A DNA stretch of 64,000 nt from the human T2T-CHM13v2.0 reference genome, Homo sapiens. Below are positions 1 through 12,427 of this stretch, piece by piece. Under the pieces are notes generated by a model, which was not told the origin of the DNA, searched no databases, and worked only from the letters and a program-made list of their open reading frames with translations. The position numbers and the translations under genes were made by a program. Within the stretch, counting starts at the first letter, position 1; every line of letters starts with the position of its first letter. The DNA lies in the NCBI RefSeq assembly GCF_009914755.1, contig NC_060942.1; one strand, given 5' to 3'.

Positions 1-1999
1 GGGTAAGAGTTGAGTCTGATTTACTGGGTTACTGTTCACAGAGTATTGCACTAACTGGCCACCAAGCCAGGGCTGATTCATAGAACCAGTTAGGCCTCTG
101 CTGAAAGCAATCAAAGGGTACTGTAGGATATTGAAGACCCACCCTGTCCTAAATTTTTAGAAGAGCATTACAGATAGGGATTAAGCTTTCTTACTAAATA
201 TCCCATGATGTCAGACATCTGAAGGAAGGATCCCTGGCTGCACTTAAGGTTTTACTGGAGTGACAGGAGGGGCTACTTAATAAATGACAGACAGTTACTG
301 ATTACCTACCCAGTGCCTATGCTGAGCGTCCTTGCTCTAAAGGGACTTACTAGGCCTCCATTTGAAAAATGAAACTAGCAATTTGAAGCTGAATATGGCC
401 AGCTGTGAAAGAGTGATGGGGTCTCAAAAGGAGTCTTTACTGCTTTCCTGCCTGTTTTTTCTACCCATTCTGTTCCACTTTTTAGTTTGTATTTATAAGT
501 GGGTTTTAAAAGCCTGTCTTAAGCACTTTGCACATTATACTTTAATTGTATGTGAACATACAGGCATTTATATATTTTTTGCCTTCTTTCTTTGTCTTAC
601 CTTTGGACGTGCGTCTTCCAAAAGCCAACAAGATAGTCAGGAAATGTTATGAGCTGCTCCCCACTCCTAGCCATCAATCTGACCCAGCATAACATCCACT
701 GTGACTTTCGGTATTTGCAGCACCTGCAGTAGAATTATAGACGTCAATGGAAGTCTTCAGGAGTAGAGTATTAGGGAGCCGTTGCAGGAGGAGTGAAGCA
801 CTCCTACCTCAGCTCGTCTCCTGAGACTCAGAGAATTTGGTCAGCCACCTCTAGTAGAATAGGACTTGCCTTCTTTCTCCTCTCCTCCTCCCACTATCTT
901 GCACTGAACTAGGACAATTTAAAGCATTCTATAGTCATCATTCTAACTTGGGCTCATTAATTCCATTGATACTTCTGAAATCAGCAATGACTTCTGAGAG
1001 TGGCCCTAATCTCTTCCTACAAGCTTCTCATGCAGGGACAAAGCTGTTGCCTAGGAATGGATTGGCTCAACTCTAAAGTTTTTAAACAGTCCATAGCGGA
1101 GCAATGTGCTGACAAAGATTCTCAGGAAAGTTGGATGTATCCACACATGTGGCTGGTGCAAATCTCAGTCTACAAATTGATGGATGGGAGGAATATATAC
1201 TTTTTAATTTTTCTCCAGCTCAATATTTATTAATTTGTAAGGCTCCATTCCACCAACATATAGCAGAATCTTACTTGCAGAGCCAGGGAATCATTTTTCT
1301 AATCCAAAGGGGAAGGAAGGAGGGATCCTGGAAAGCCTGGCTCCAACTTTCTTCCAAATTGTTTCTCTGTGCCCAATTCCTTTCTATTTCCCAAGTTTCT
1401 AGACATTTGAAGCCAGAAAGAAAGTATTTTTCATGTTTTCCCTGCTTTCTGCTGTCAGAAACATGCCCTGAGGGGATAAGCACAAACCAACCTCGCTGCC
1501 TGTACTGGGAAGAGGCAACTACTAGAATAGTGAGGATGCTGGAAATCAATTGCCACGTGGAAAAATTTAACCTGTCACACATGCAATAGGGAGTGAGGAC
1601 AATGGGATGCTCAGGGCTAAAGGATTTGCCCACAGTCATAAAAAGACTCTTTACAGGTCAGATGAAATAACAAATGGCTATGAAAGGGAGTGGGTAGGTG
1701 CAAAACAGTGGTGTGTGCATTTCCATTCCTTATTACTAACATTTTCACTTTTATGGAAATGCCAACACCCAGTTTTAAATCATTATAAAGCATGGTAATG
1801 CACTTTTCTAAAGTGTCATAAGGGCTTTCATTTTGGATTAATTAAAGAAAAAACTAGTTCCAAAGTGTTACATTCACATATGGGAAGATTGGGAAGTAAC
1901 AAATGATAAGTGTTAAAACCTCAAAAGAGTTGGAAACTACATCCTCTCATTATAAAAAGCTTGATATTTTAAAGCTTAATTCTCTACTTTTTAGGGGAC

Positions 2000-2170
2000 C
2001 GAGCACTGGAATAAGGGTCAAGTGACATGGAATATGTTCCTGCTTGGTCACTAAAGACTCTGTATCCAAGAGCAAAAGTTCTTTGAGTCTCATCTGCCTA
2101 CTTTATAAGATGGGAGGTTAAACTCTCAATGGTGTCTCCAAGGTTCTTCAAGTCAAAAATCTCTGATTCT
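2000..2170 (+). mobile_element. MIR3/MIRc SINE fragment
   Basis: gagcactgga...tcatctgcc...agatgggaggttaaact...ctccaaggttcttc...ctctgattctgt resembles the MIR core and MIR3 3' end. Confidence 0.6.
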
Positions 2171-2629
2171 GTCATCTTTGTACCTTCCCAACAGAACCTA
2201 TCTTTGATTTCCAACTTTATTCCCACCATTGTGTAAAGCCAGCAATACAATGTGGTAGTATGAAAGAAGTTAATGAAAAAAATATAATGATGACATACAG
2301 TTAAATCTTTCCTTCCTTCTTCCCTCCCTTCATTCCTTTCTCCCTTCTTTCCTTCCCTGCTTGCACATTGCCAGGTACCAAAGATGGAAGAATGAGCAAG
2401 AAAGACAAGACCTCGTTGAATTTTATTCAAGCAAACATTCCTAGATAATGAATATTCTCTATACGTTCTCTGCCTATCCAAATTCTACCTACTTTTAAGG
2501 TTTAATTCCAACTTCACCTTCTCCAGGAAATCTTACGGCCACAGTCCAGAAACACCTCTTTATCTCTTGTACCACTCATTTGGTAACTGCCCTTAATAAT
2601 TCCACATATGACAGAGTATAATTGTCAAC

Positions 2630-2800
2630 CAGGGCTGTCATATAAGGTTGCACCAATTGCTCCCTGCACAAGGGGACTTGGCTGAAAAAATTAGGGCTAA
2701 AATCCAGCCTGTACTTATCTTGCCAAGATCTGCTCCCTTGGTGTGGTGCCCACCCTGAGTGGGCATCTTTTTCTCATTTTCACAAAATTTCTTTTGTGAG
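2630..2800 (+). mobile_element. MER91A-like hAT-Tip100 DNA transposon relic
   Basis: cagggctgtcatata...ctgcacaagggg...gggctaaaatccagcc...gggcatctttttctcattttcacaaa matches recalled MER91A consensus. Confidence 0.65.
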
Positions 2801-4226
2801 AACAAAACCCTTTAAAAAAAATTCAAGATCTACTGTGTGTCTTTGTAAAGCAGAATAAACTCCTAGCAGAATGGTATCTGCCTCTCCTTCCCACTCAAAC
2901 TGTCCATGCTGCCCTTGCCTCAAGACCTCAATAGCCACTCACAAATCCAGGAAATCCTACCACCACCATTATAGTCAGCAATACTCCATACTCTAGAAGA
3001 CTCCAGAATCCATTTCCAAACTTAACAATTGCCCCAGCTGTCTGCCAGGAGAAGTGGGAAGAAAATAATGACACCGGAAAACAGCCCTGCACAAATGAGT
3101 CAGCTAGGTTCAATGGCACATCCTAGTGAGTACAGTTTACTAAGATGCTGGCATCTGACATCTCACAAAGTCTTCAATTTTTCAAAGACTTTTAAAATTT
3201 TTATTTTTACATAATTACAGAGTCACAGGAGGTTGCTAAAGAATATACTGAGTCCTATGCAAGTGTCTCCCAACTCTCCGCATCCCATGCCAATGTCCCA
3301 CACAACCACAGTACAATATAAAAATCAAAACATTGATATTGGCACAATCCATAGAGCTTATTCAGATTTCACCAGATGTACATGATTTCATTTATGTGTG
3401 TGTATTTGTGAGTGTGGTTGTATGTGTAGAGATCTGTGCAATTTTGTCACATGTATAGTCTTGTGAAACAGCCACCACAGTCAAGATATTCAATTGCACC
3501 GTAGCCGCAGAGCTTTCACTGTGGCAACCTCCCTTTGAGTTCCCCTCATCATCCTTAACCCCTAGCAACCACGAATGCCTGCTCTATCTCTACAATTTTG
3601 TTATTTCAAGATCATACATACTGCATAATGGAATCATGCAATATGTATCCTTTTAAAAATAAAGTCTATTTTTAGAAAAGTTTTAGATTTAGAAAAAGTT
3701 ATGAAGATAGTACAGAAAGTTCCCATGAACCCTGCACCTAGTTTCCCTTAGTATTAACTTCGTACAATAGTATGGTACGTTTGTTTGTTACAATTAATGA
3801 AACAATATCATTACATCATTATTAATAATGTCCACACTATATTCAGATGCCCTTAGTTTTTAGCCAATGTCCTTTTTTAGTTTCCACCCAGGATACCATA
3901 TTTTATTTAATCCTCATGCCTCCTTAGGCTTCTCTCGGCTATATCAGTTTTTCAGACTTTCCATATTTGTGATGTCCTTGACAGTTTTGAGGAACACTGG
4001 TCAGATATTTTGTTGAATATCCCACCATTGGGTTTGCCTGATGATTTTCTCGCGATTAGAATGGGGTCATATGCTTTGGGGAGGAAGACCACAAAGGTGT
4101 GATTGTCCTCACTTCCTATCAGGGGTACCTACTATCAATATGATGCATCATTGTTGATGTTAACCTTGATCACCTGGCTGAGGTAGTATCTGCTCAGTTT
4201 ATCCACTGTAAAGTTACTCTTCTTTT

Positions 4227-4538
4227 CTCTTTTTTCTTTTTTTTAAGAGATGGGGTATTACTCTGTTGCCCAGGGTAGAGGACAGTGGTACAATCATAGC
4301 TCACTGCAGCCTCAAACTCCTGTGCTCAAGTGATGCTTCTGCCTCAGCCTCCCAAGTAGCTGGGATTACAGGTGTGCACCAACACACCTGGCTAATTTTT
4401 TTTAGTTTTTGTAGAAAGAGGAGCAGGCTGTTCTACAACAGGAGCCCAGAATGGTCTTGAATTTCTGGCCTCAAGCAATCCTCCCACTTCGGCCTCCCAA
4501 ATCACTGAGACTACAGGTATGTGCCACTGCACCCGGCC
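4227..4538 (-). mobile_element. AluJ
   Basis: Antisense dimeric Alu with poly-T; AluJ-type atcatagctcactgcagcctcaaactcc; degenerate TSD ctcttctttt/ctctccatttt. Confidence 0.9.
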
Positions 4539-4679
4539 CTCTCCATTTTGAAACTGTATTCTTTGGAAGGAAGTCACTTTATGGAGCCCACACTTAAGAA
4601 ATGTGGAGTTATGCACCACCTCCTCAAGGTCTGCATTTATACATAAATTATTTGGAATTCTTATGCACAGGAGATTTGG

Positions 4680-5184
4680 GTTTTTAACACTTTTGATTTT
4701 GAAATAATTTTAGACTTACAGAGAAGATGCAAAAACAGTACAGAATTCTATTTAATGCCTCACCCAGCTTCCTCTGATGTTAACATCTTATATAACCATA
4801 GTACAATGATCAAAACTAAGAAATTAACTGCGGTACAATACTATTAGCCTCACTGCAGACTGCATTTCACCAGTTTTTCCAATTATGCCATTTTGAAAAC
4901 ATTTGGAGAAATATTAAGTTGTAGTAAAATACACATAACATAAAATTTATCATCTTAACCATTTTAGTGTATAGTTCAGTAGTGTTAATTATATTCACTG
5001 GAGATTGTGTAACCAATCTCCAGAACTTTTTCATCTTGCAAAACTGAAACTCTATACCCATGAAACAACTCCCCATTTCCCCATCTCCCCAGCCCCTGGA
5101 AACCACAATTTTCTCCTTCTGTCTCCATGAGTTTGACTACTCTGGATACCTCAGATAAGTAGAATCATATAGTATTTGTCCTTT
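4680..5184 (-). mobile_element. Two abutting L1MB-type 3' fragments (~4680-4890 L1MB7/8-like; ~4890-5184 L1MB2/3-like)
   Basis: tttgaaataattttagacttacagagaag... and aaatacacataacataaaatttatcatcttaacc...ctccagaactttttcatcttgcaaaactgaaactctatacccat; flanked by aggagatttg/aggaggcttg. Confidence 0.7.
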
Positions 5185-6325
5185 AGGAGGCTTGTCTCTT
5201 ATCCTTCATTTATTCATTTACTTGATGATTTATTTATATTGGTATAGACTCATGGACACCTGTTTTATATTTTGGGTTATATTCCAACACTATTTTGTTG
5301 CTCAACTTAGTAAAGATATGGCCATTGAAAGCTTTTTCTGTGGATTCCTGGGTCCCTTTGACATACTCCCATCATTACGGTGGGGTTTTTAGTTTTATTT
5401 GTTTTGTTTTACTTTCTCATACCAAAGGAGCATCATTTTGTGTGTATGCTGGGACAGTCCTAGAATTAGTCATTTCTCTAAGAGCTCTGATTCTTTTTAT
5501 GGGAGAAGGGTGTTAGAAACCAAGTTCTGAGTGCCAGGTATGCTTGTTGCTACTAGAGTATTATTGCTTCTAGGCCCTCTCAGCTGACACAGCAAGGAAA
5601 TACATGTGTGTATACTACCTCATGTATATTCACCACAGATCTATGAATATTTCTATATGTGTTCATTTCTATATGTATTCATTTAGACTCATGTTATAAA
5701 CATGAGTCTAAACTGCTACCTCTAACTCTAATCTATTACCCCATGGATCATTCTAACCTCCTCCCTTTGCTTAGCTATACTCTCCCACTTGATAATGAAA
5801 AACGCAAATCTTACCATCTGCCATTTATTTACTTAAGTAAGTATTTAATTCCAGTATAGCAGTATCAGAACAGTTGACACATATCTATCCTTTTCTTACT
5901 TAGCATAATTTCTTGAGGTTCCCCAAGTTGTTGTGGGTACCCATAGTTGGTTTCTTTTTATTATTGAGTAGTATTCCATACCATGGCAGTACCAGGGTTT
6001 GTTTGACTCTTCATTCATTCAAGGACATTTGGGCAGTATTGATTTTGGAGCTCTTTTAAATAAAGCTCCTATGAACATTCATATACAAGGACTTATGGGA
6101 AAATAAAATTTTATTTCCTTGGAAAATTTCCCCTAACTGTAATTTCTGGGCTATATGTTAAGTCCATTTTTAGTTTTGAAGGGAACTGCCAAACTATTCT
6201 CCAGGGTAGTTATACCATCTTACATTCCTACCAGCAGTGTATGAATGATCCAACTTCTCTGCATCCTCATCAGTATTTGATGTTAATACTATTTTTTATC
6301 TTAATCTTTCTGATAGATATGTAGT

Positions 6326-6681
6326 TGCCTTAGTCCATTCAGGTGGCTATTACAAAATAGCACAAACTGGATGATTTATAAATAACATTCATTTCTCACA
6401 GTTCTCGGGCCTGGTAAGTCCAAGATCAAGACACTAGCTGATTCCTTGTCTGGTAAAGGCCTCACTTTCCGGTTCATGGATGGCGCCTTCTTGCTGTATC
6501 CTCATGTGGTGGAAGGGGGAAATAGGCCTCCTTTATAAGAACACTCATTCTATTCATAAGACCTCCAACCTTATGACCTAATCTCTTCCCAAAAGGCCCC
6601 ACCTCCTAACACCATCATCTTGGGGGTTAGGATTTTTACATATAAATTTACAGGGGAAACACAACCATTTGGACCATAGTA
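6326..6681 (-). mobile_element. MLT1A0-like MaLR solo LTR
   Basis: tgccttagtccattcagg...aagtccaagatcaag...aaaggccccacctcctaacaccatcatcttgggggttagg...accatagta; 5-bp TSD gtagt on both sides. Confidence 0.85.
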
Positions 6682-6989
6682 GTAGTAATAACTCATGTAG
6701 TTTAAATTTGCATTTCTATAATGGCCAATGATGATGAAGAAGTTATCATGCAGTTTTTTTCTTTAATTGTTTTGTTTTTTGCCATTAGCACAACCTCTAC
6801 AGTGAAATGTTTTGGCATATATTTCACTCATTTTCTAATAGGATTGTTTGATTTTGAAACACTGCTTTTGATAATTTTTTATATATGCTAAATATAAAGC
6901 TTTTGTTGTACATGTGACTTGCAAATTTTTTTTCAGTCTGTAATTTGTCTTTCCATTTACACTTTAAGTCAAAAAGTACCCCTGAAACG

Positions 6990-7395
6990 TTGACGTTACT
7001 CACATTTTAGTGTGAGAGACAGAACAGGGTTATCAAGATAAAGTGAATTGTTTTTGAAATACACACCTATAAAGGGCATAGCTGGGACTAGAACTCAGTA
7101 CATTCATAGTCAAATACTTTTCTACAATGCAAAGTAATCTTGGTAACATCTCATATGGTCATTCGTTACCTTTTCGTGATGCCAAAGAGCTTTTCAATTA
7201 ATAACACACTGTGATTTTGGAAGGAACCTTAGAAAGCTTATAGCTGAAGTCCCTCAGTTTATAATGGAAAAAACTGAAGCACAAGGACATAAAGTGAACC
7301 TGCACTACTCACATGGCTTATCAATTATCAGTGGCTCCCAGGCTGGAGTCTGAGGCCTGGACTCCCCCATCTGATTCTTTCCCTACTCTACCACA
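6990..7395 (-). mobile_element. Two MIR fragments (~6990-7130, ~7220-7395)
   Basis: Antisense MIR core: cattttag...; ggaaccttagaa...aaaactgaagcac...ctgattctttccctactctaccaca. Confidence 0.55.
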
Positions 7396-9246
7396 TTTCT
7401 CAGTATTCCCCAAATCCCACAATGTCCAGCATGCCCGTGTCCTGAGAGGTTAGGGAAGGAAAACAATAATGAGTTAGGAGGTCAGAAAGGAGCTCTTTAC
7501 CTTGGAGAGGGTGAAGGAAAGTGAAGAAGTGCAGCAGAAAGCAAATGGCACCAAAAGAAGTGATATGGGCATGTGGTCACCAAGGAGAATCTTAGAGATT
7601 TCTTCAGTAAGAATGCAAGGGGACTGCCAATGCCTTGTGAATGTCATCACTGTACCCCAAGACAGATTTGTTATTTATTTCCCTGAAATATCTGTGACAA
7701 TCATAATAGAGCCTGTATTTTCAGGCCTAATAGTTTACTATCACCTTGACTCAAACTTCTAAAATATACTTATTCCTCAGTTCAGCAATTTATGTCCATG
7801 CTTCCATACTTTCCGTTGTACCCTTTATCACCACCACCATCTCTCTCTCACCTTCCCACACACATCCAGGCAAACACACATCTAGATCCAGGCTGAGGTA
7901 GAGTAGGGATGACACAAAGCTAGGGAAAAGGCTTTGCTTCTCATTCTGCCAGAGCCAAAGCCTTTGGCTTAGGAAGCTATAAGGTTCTGCCCAGGGGGAC
8001 CAGGGAAATGTGCATGTTTAGAAATAATCACAAAGCCCTCAAGGGCTCTCTGAACTCTCTGCATCTTTGGGGACATATTTTATTTTAAAATCCTTACATT
8101 GTAAAATAAAATATCAATGTACAAACCATACAAAATGTGGTTTTATGAATTATAAGGTAAACCTTTAATAAGCACCACTCAAGTCAAGAAATAGAACGTA
8201 TCAAACTACCCCAGAAGCCCCTCCATGTACCTCATCGTATCCCAGCCCAGCCCTCCCTTCAAAGGTAGGCTCTCTCGTTACTTGCTTTCATGTGTTTTTT
8301 ATGATCATGGTTTTATCATCCAAGTGAATTCCTGGACATCAATGGTTAGTCTTGCTCACTTTTAAAATGTGTTATGTCTTTTAAGTCTCTGAATCTACGT
8401 CTCCCCGACATTCCTTACTTTTCCTGATATGTACCTGTTGAAGAACATAGACTATTTGACCTGTAGGGTTGCCCCAGTGTAGATACTGCTGAATGCATAC
8501 TCAAGATGCAGTTCAATATGCTCCCTCTTCTGTCCTCAGAATTCCTTGAAAATTGCCTGGATCTAGAGATAGAATCAAACGCAGGGTTGATCCCTTTAGC
8601 ACGATTATAGGTGGCATTGTGTTCTTACATCAAGTAGTACATATGTCTGGTTCTTTCTCTGTGACGTTCACAGCCATTGATGTTTTAATGCCTAGGTCTA
8701 TTAATTTATGAGAGATTGCAAAGTGATGATGTTTTAACATTATTATGTTTTCATTAATTGGTATGCTTTTATAAAGAGATGCTTCCCCTTGTCAACTCTT
8801 TGATTACCTCTTGGTACAACTCACAGGAAGAGCAGGATAAATATTTGATTCTTTCTTTAATTTTCAAGATCATATATTCCCTGTGGTCCTCCAAAGATGA
8901 CCAACTAGAATTTTCATTTTAATCTCATCTTGAACTCATGGGCTTAGCCATGTTTGCAGGGTTTCAATCATTGTAATTACTGTCATTATTGAAGCTTAAA
9001 TTCGTCCATGTGTGGCACATTGGAGTCTATTCAAGTTGGTTCCTAAGTCGTTTTTCCATAATCCCAGCTGTTTTTTATAATCTGGTAAGCTTTGGTGACT
9101 TCTTGGATATATGATGTTACAAGACACTCTAAGCTCATCTTATGATTTTTCTGTTAGACCTGAAATGAGCCATCTTTTCAAGAATACTTATTTCATTTTT
9201 TAACTGGGAAATGGTATTTCAAGACCACAATTTGGACCCTAGGAAT

Positions 9247-9270
9247 GGATGGATAGATAGATAGATAGAT

Positions 9271-9305
<35 letters not shown>

Positions 9306-9326
9306 GATGATAGATAGATACATAGA
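9247..9326 (+). repeat. Compound tetranucleotide STR [GGAT]2[AGAT]4 GAT [AGAT]8 [GAT]2 [AGAT]2 ACAT
   Basis: Read directly from sequence. Confidence 0.97.
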
Positions 9327-10449
9327 AATATAATCTGAAATAAATTTGAATTGTAAATATCAGTATGAATGTGTGTATGTGTATATTCATACTGATATTT
9401 CTAATTCAAATTTATTTTAAATTTTTGTACTTCAATTGTAAAAGTTTTAACTAAAACTTACATCTGTATCTTCTAAAAGAATCAAAAGAAAAACATATTA
9501 TTTTTGGTTCATTTACTCCACATCATATACACAAGATATAAACAACCGTAATTTAAAAACAACCATAAAAAAGTGAAACAGCCATAATACAATTATCAAT
9601 ATGATTACTAAAAACATAGAAAAATAGCATATGTTTTCCGCCTTTTCCCATTTTTATAGTTGTTCTGTATCTACATTTTCAGAACATAATGAGCATATCT
9701 ATCTGCTCCCTTTCAACACACATTTAATCTTAGTTCTAAAAGTAACTATTTAGTGCTCACAACCAGACTTATGTCAATGCTTCAAGTCATGTTGGTTGCC
9801 TGAAACTCATGCTCAAGCAAATCCCTAAGAAAACGCTCATTGGAATAAAGCTTCCTGAGTTCTTGCATGTTAATAAGAGTTGTACCCTTTATACTTGAAA
9901 GTCCATTGGTTGAATATAAAATCCTTGGCACACAACTTCTTTCCTTAAGTATTTTAAATAGGTTCCTCCATTCTCATTTGGCATGAAATGCTGCTTTTGA
10001 AAAACCTAATTATAATCTAATTTTCTTTCCCTTATGTCACTTGTTCTTTCTGTTTAGATACACAAAGTATATTTTCTTTTTTCTTAAAATCCAATAGTTT
10101 TACTAGAATATATTTTGGTTTGGTTAATGGTCTCTTTAGATAACTGATTCAATATTTGTTAAGGAACATTTTCCTGAATCAAGTATTTTAGTATTTATTC
10201 CCTTTTCTTGTGTTGATTTTCTTCTTCAGGGATTTCTGTTACCTTTAGGGATCTTCTTCGTGTGGCTTCAATTTTAGTCACTGTTAAGAATCTTAAGTTC
10301 TTTTCACCCTTTCCCCCACATTTGTTTTTAATTTTAAAAATTCTCCTCCATTCAACCTTCTATTTCTCTTCAGGTATTTTCTGTTGAGTTTATTCACTCT
10401 TGTATTCCTACTGGTTTCATCTTCATCTTTGACATTATATTTTTATATA

Positions 10450-11311
10450 CAGTTGACCCTTGAACAGCATGAACTTGAACTGTGCCAGTTTACTTATATG
10501 CAGATGTTTTTCAATAAGTGTATTGGAAACTTTTTTGGAGATTTGTGACAATTTGCAAAAACTGACAGGTGAACCAAGTAGCCTAGAGATATCAAAAAAG
10601 ACAAAAATATATATTATGAATGCATAAAACATATGCAGATACTAGTCTATTTTATCACTTGCTATCATAAAATATACACGAATCCATTATAAGAAGTTAA
10701 AACTCATCAAATCTTATGCACACTTATAGACCATACACAACACTATTCACAGTCAAGGGAAATATAAACAAATGTAAAGATGCAGCATGAAATCATAACT
10801 GCATAAAATTGACTATAGTACAGGATAGCCTACTATAATAATTTCATAGTCACCTCCTATTGCTATTGTAGTGAGCCCAAGTTTTGCAAGTATCCACTTA
10901 AAATGTCGTATGACACTAATCATCACCGTATGAACAGTTCATCGCTCCAGTAAATTGCATATCGCAGTAAAAAGTTATCTCTCACAGCCCTACTCCTTAG
11001 GATCCTCAACGTGAAGATGATGAAGATAAAGGACTTTATGATGATTCACTTCCACTCAGTGAATAGTAAATAGATTTTTTCTTCCCTACAATTTTCTTAG
11101 TAATATTTTTTCTCTAACTTTATCATAAGAATACAGTATATAATACGTATGACATACAAAATACGTGTTAATTGTTTATATTATTGGTAAGGCTTCCAGT
11201 CAACAGTAGGCTATTACTAGTTAAGTTGAAGGGGGAGTCAAAAGTTATACACAGATTTTTGACCGTGAGGCTCTCGGCACCCCAACCCCGATGTTGTTCA
11301 AGGGCCAACTG
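10450..11311 (+). mobile_element. Tigger2-family (Tigger2b/MER28-like) non-autonomous TcMar DNA transposon
   Basis: TIRs cagttgacccttgaacagca ... tgttgttcaagggccaactg; TA on the left and CA (mutated TA) on the right. Confidence 0.9.
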
Positions 11312-11499
11312 CATTTTCAATTTCTCCTGTCTTCTGTCACTTTATTTCTGAGTTTTCCTAATTATAAATTATGCTATTATTTCATGTCTCTTATTATTTT
11401 CATATATCTTTTGCCTCATTTTGAAACAGTGAATTAGAATTTTGATTTGTGGGCATAAGTTATTGATATGTTTTTAATTCTGTCTCTTTTTCTCTTTTC

Positions 11500-12427
11500 T
11501 TTTTTTTTTTTATTTTTAATTTTTTTTTTATTATACTCTAAGTTTTAGGGTACATGTGCACATTGTGCAGGTTAGTTACATATGTATACATGTGCCATGC
11601 TGGTGCGCTGCACCCACTAACGTGTCATCTAGCATTAGGTATATCTCCCAATGCTATCCCTCCCCCCTCCCCCGACCCCACCACAGTCCCCAGAGTGTGA
11701 TATTCCCCTTCCTGTGTCCATGTGATCTCATTGTTCAATTCCCACCTATGAGTGAGAATATGCGGTGTTTGGTTTTTTGTTCTTGCGATAGTTTACTGAG
11801 AATGATGGTTTCCAATTTCATCCATGTCCCTACAAAGGACATGAACTCATCATTTTTTATGGCTGCATAGTATTCCATGGTGTATATGTGCCACATTTTC
11901 TTAATCCAGTCTATCATTGTTGGACATTTGGGTTGGTTCCAAGTCTTTGCTATTGTGAATAGTGCCGCAATAAACATACGTGTGCATGTGTCTTTATAGC
12001 AGCATGATTTATACTCATTTGGGTATATACCCAGTAATGGGATGGCTGGGTCAAATGGTATTTCTAGTTCTAGATCCCTGAGGAATCGCCACACTGACTT
12101 CCACAATGGTTGAACTAGTTTACAGTCCCACCAACAGTGTAAAAGTGTTCCTATTTCTCCACATCCTCTCCAGCACCTGTTGTTTCCTGACTTTTTAATG
12201 ATTGCCATTCTAACTGGTGTGAGATGATATCTCATAGTGGTTTTGATTTGCATTTCTCTGATGGCCAGTGATGATGAGCATTTCTTCATGTGTTTTTTGG
12301 CTGCATAAATGTCTTCTTTTGAGAAGTGTCTGTTCATGTCCTTCGCCCACTTTTTGATGGGGTTGTTTGTTTTTTTCTTGTAAATTTGTTTGAGTTCATT
12401 GTAGATTCTGGATATTAGCCCTTTGTC
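11500..12427 (-). mobile_element. 5'-truncated L1Hs (pre-Ta ACG/G type), ~0.9 kb plus poly(A)
   Basis: Near-consensus L1Hs 3' end; CGT at 11621-11623 (ACG on L1 strand), C at 11538 (L1Hs-specific G near the tail); poly-T 11500-11529; TTTT/AA endonuclease site at 12434-12439. Confidence 0.97.
11735..12337 (-). pseudogene. L1 ORF2p C-terminal 200 aa (cysteine-rich CCHC domain), promoterless remnant of the L1Hs
   Basis: ORF track [11 protein letters not shown]...[18 protein letters not shown]...FSLIGGN is the ORF2p C-terminus, frame intact. Confidence 0.95.

Larger units (their letters stand above)
3655..5880 (-). mobile_element. L1MC-like 3' end inserted into the outer L1, itself interrupted by an Alu and L1MB fragments
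   Basis: Flanked by TSD atatgtatcctttt (3641-3654) / atatctatcctttt (5881-5894); L1MC1-type motifs (gatcacctggctgaggtagt, ctttggaaggaagtcact). Confidence 0.7.
3190..6960 (-). mobile_element. Old L1 3' end (L1MD/L1MC-like), outer element of a nested cluster; pieces ~3190-3654, 5881-6325, 6687-6960
   Basis: L1 3'UTR and ORF2-end motifs in antisense (aatggaatcatgcaatatgtatcc ... gagtagtattccat ... tttgcatttctataatggccaatgatg), split by younger insertions. Confidence 0.75.

Noticed and set aside
362-2481. Overlapping ORFs of 60-150 aa on both strands
   Set aside because: No recognisable domains, many non-ATG starts, low-complexity or repeat overlap; expected by chance
9247-9326. Identification as a specific named forensic STR or chromosomal locus
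   Set aside because: I do not recognise the flanks; naming it would be a guess
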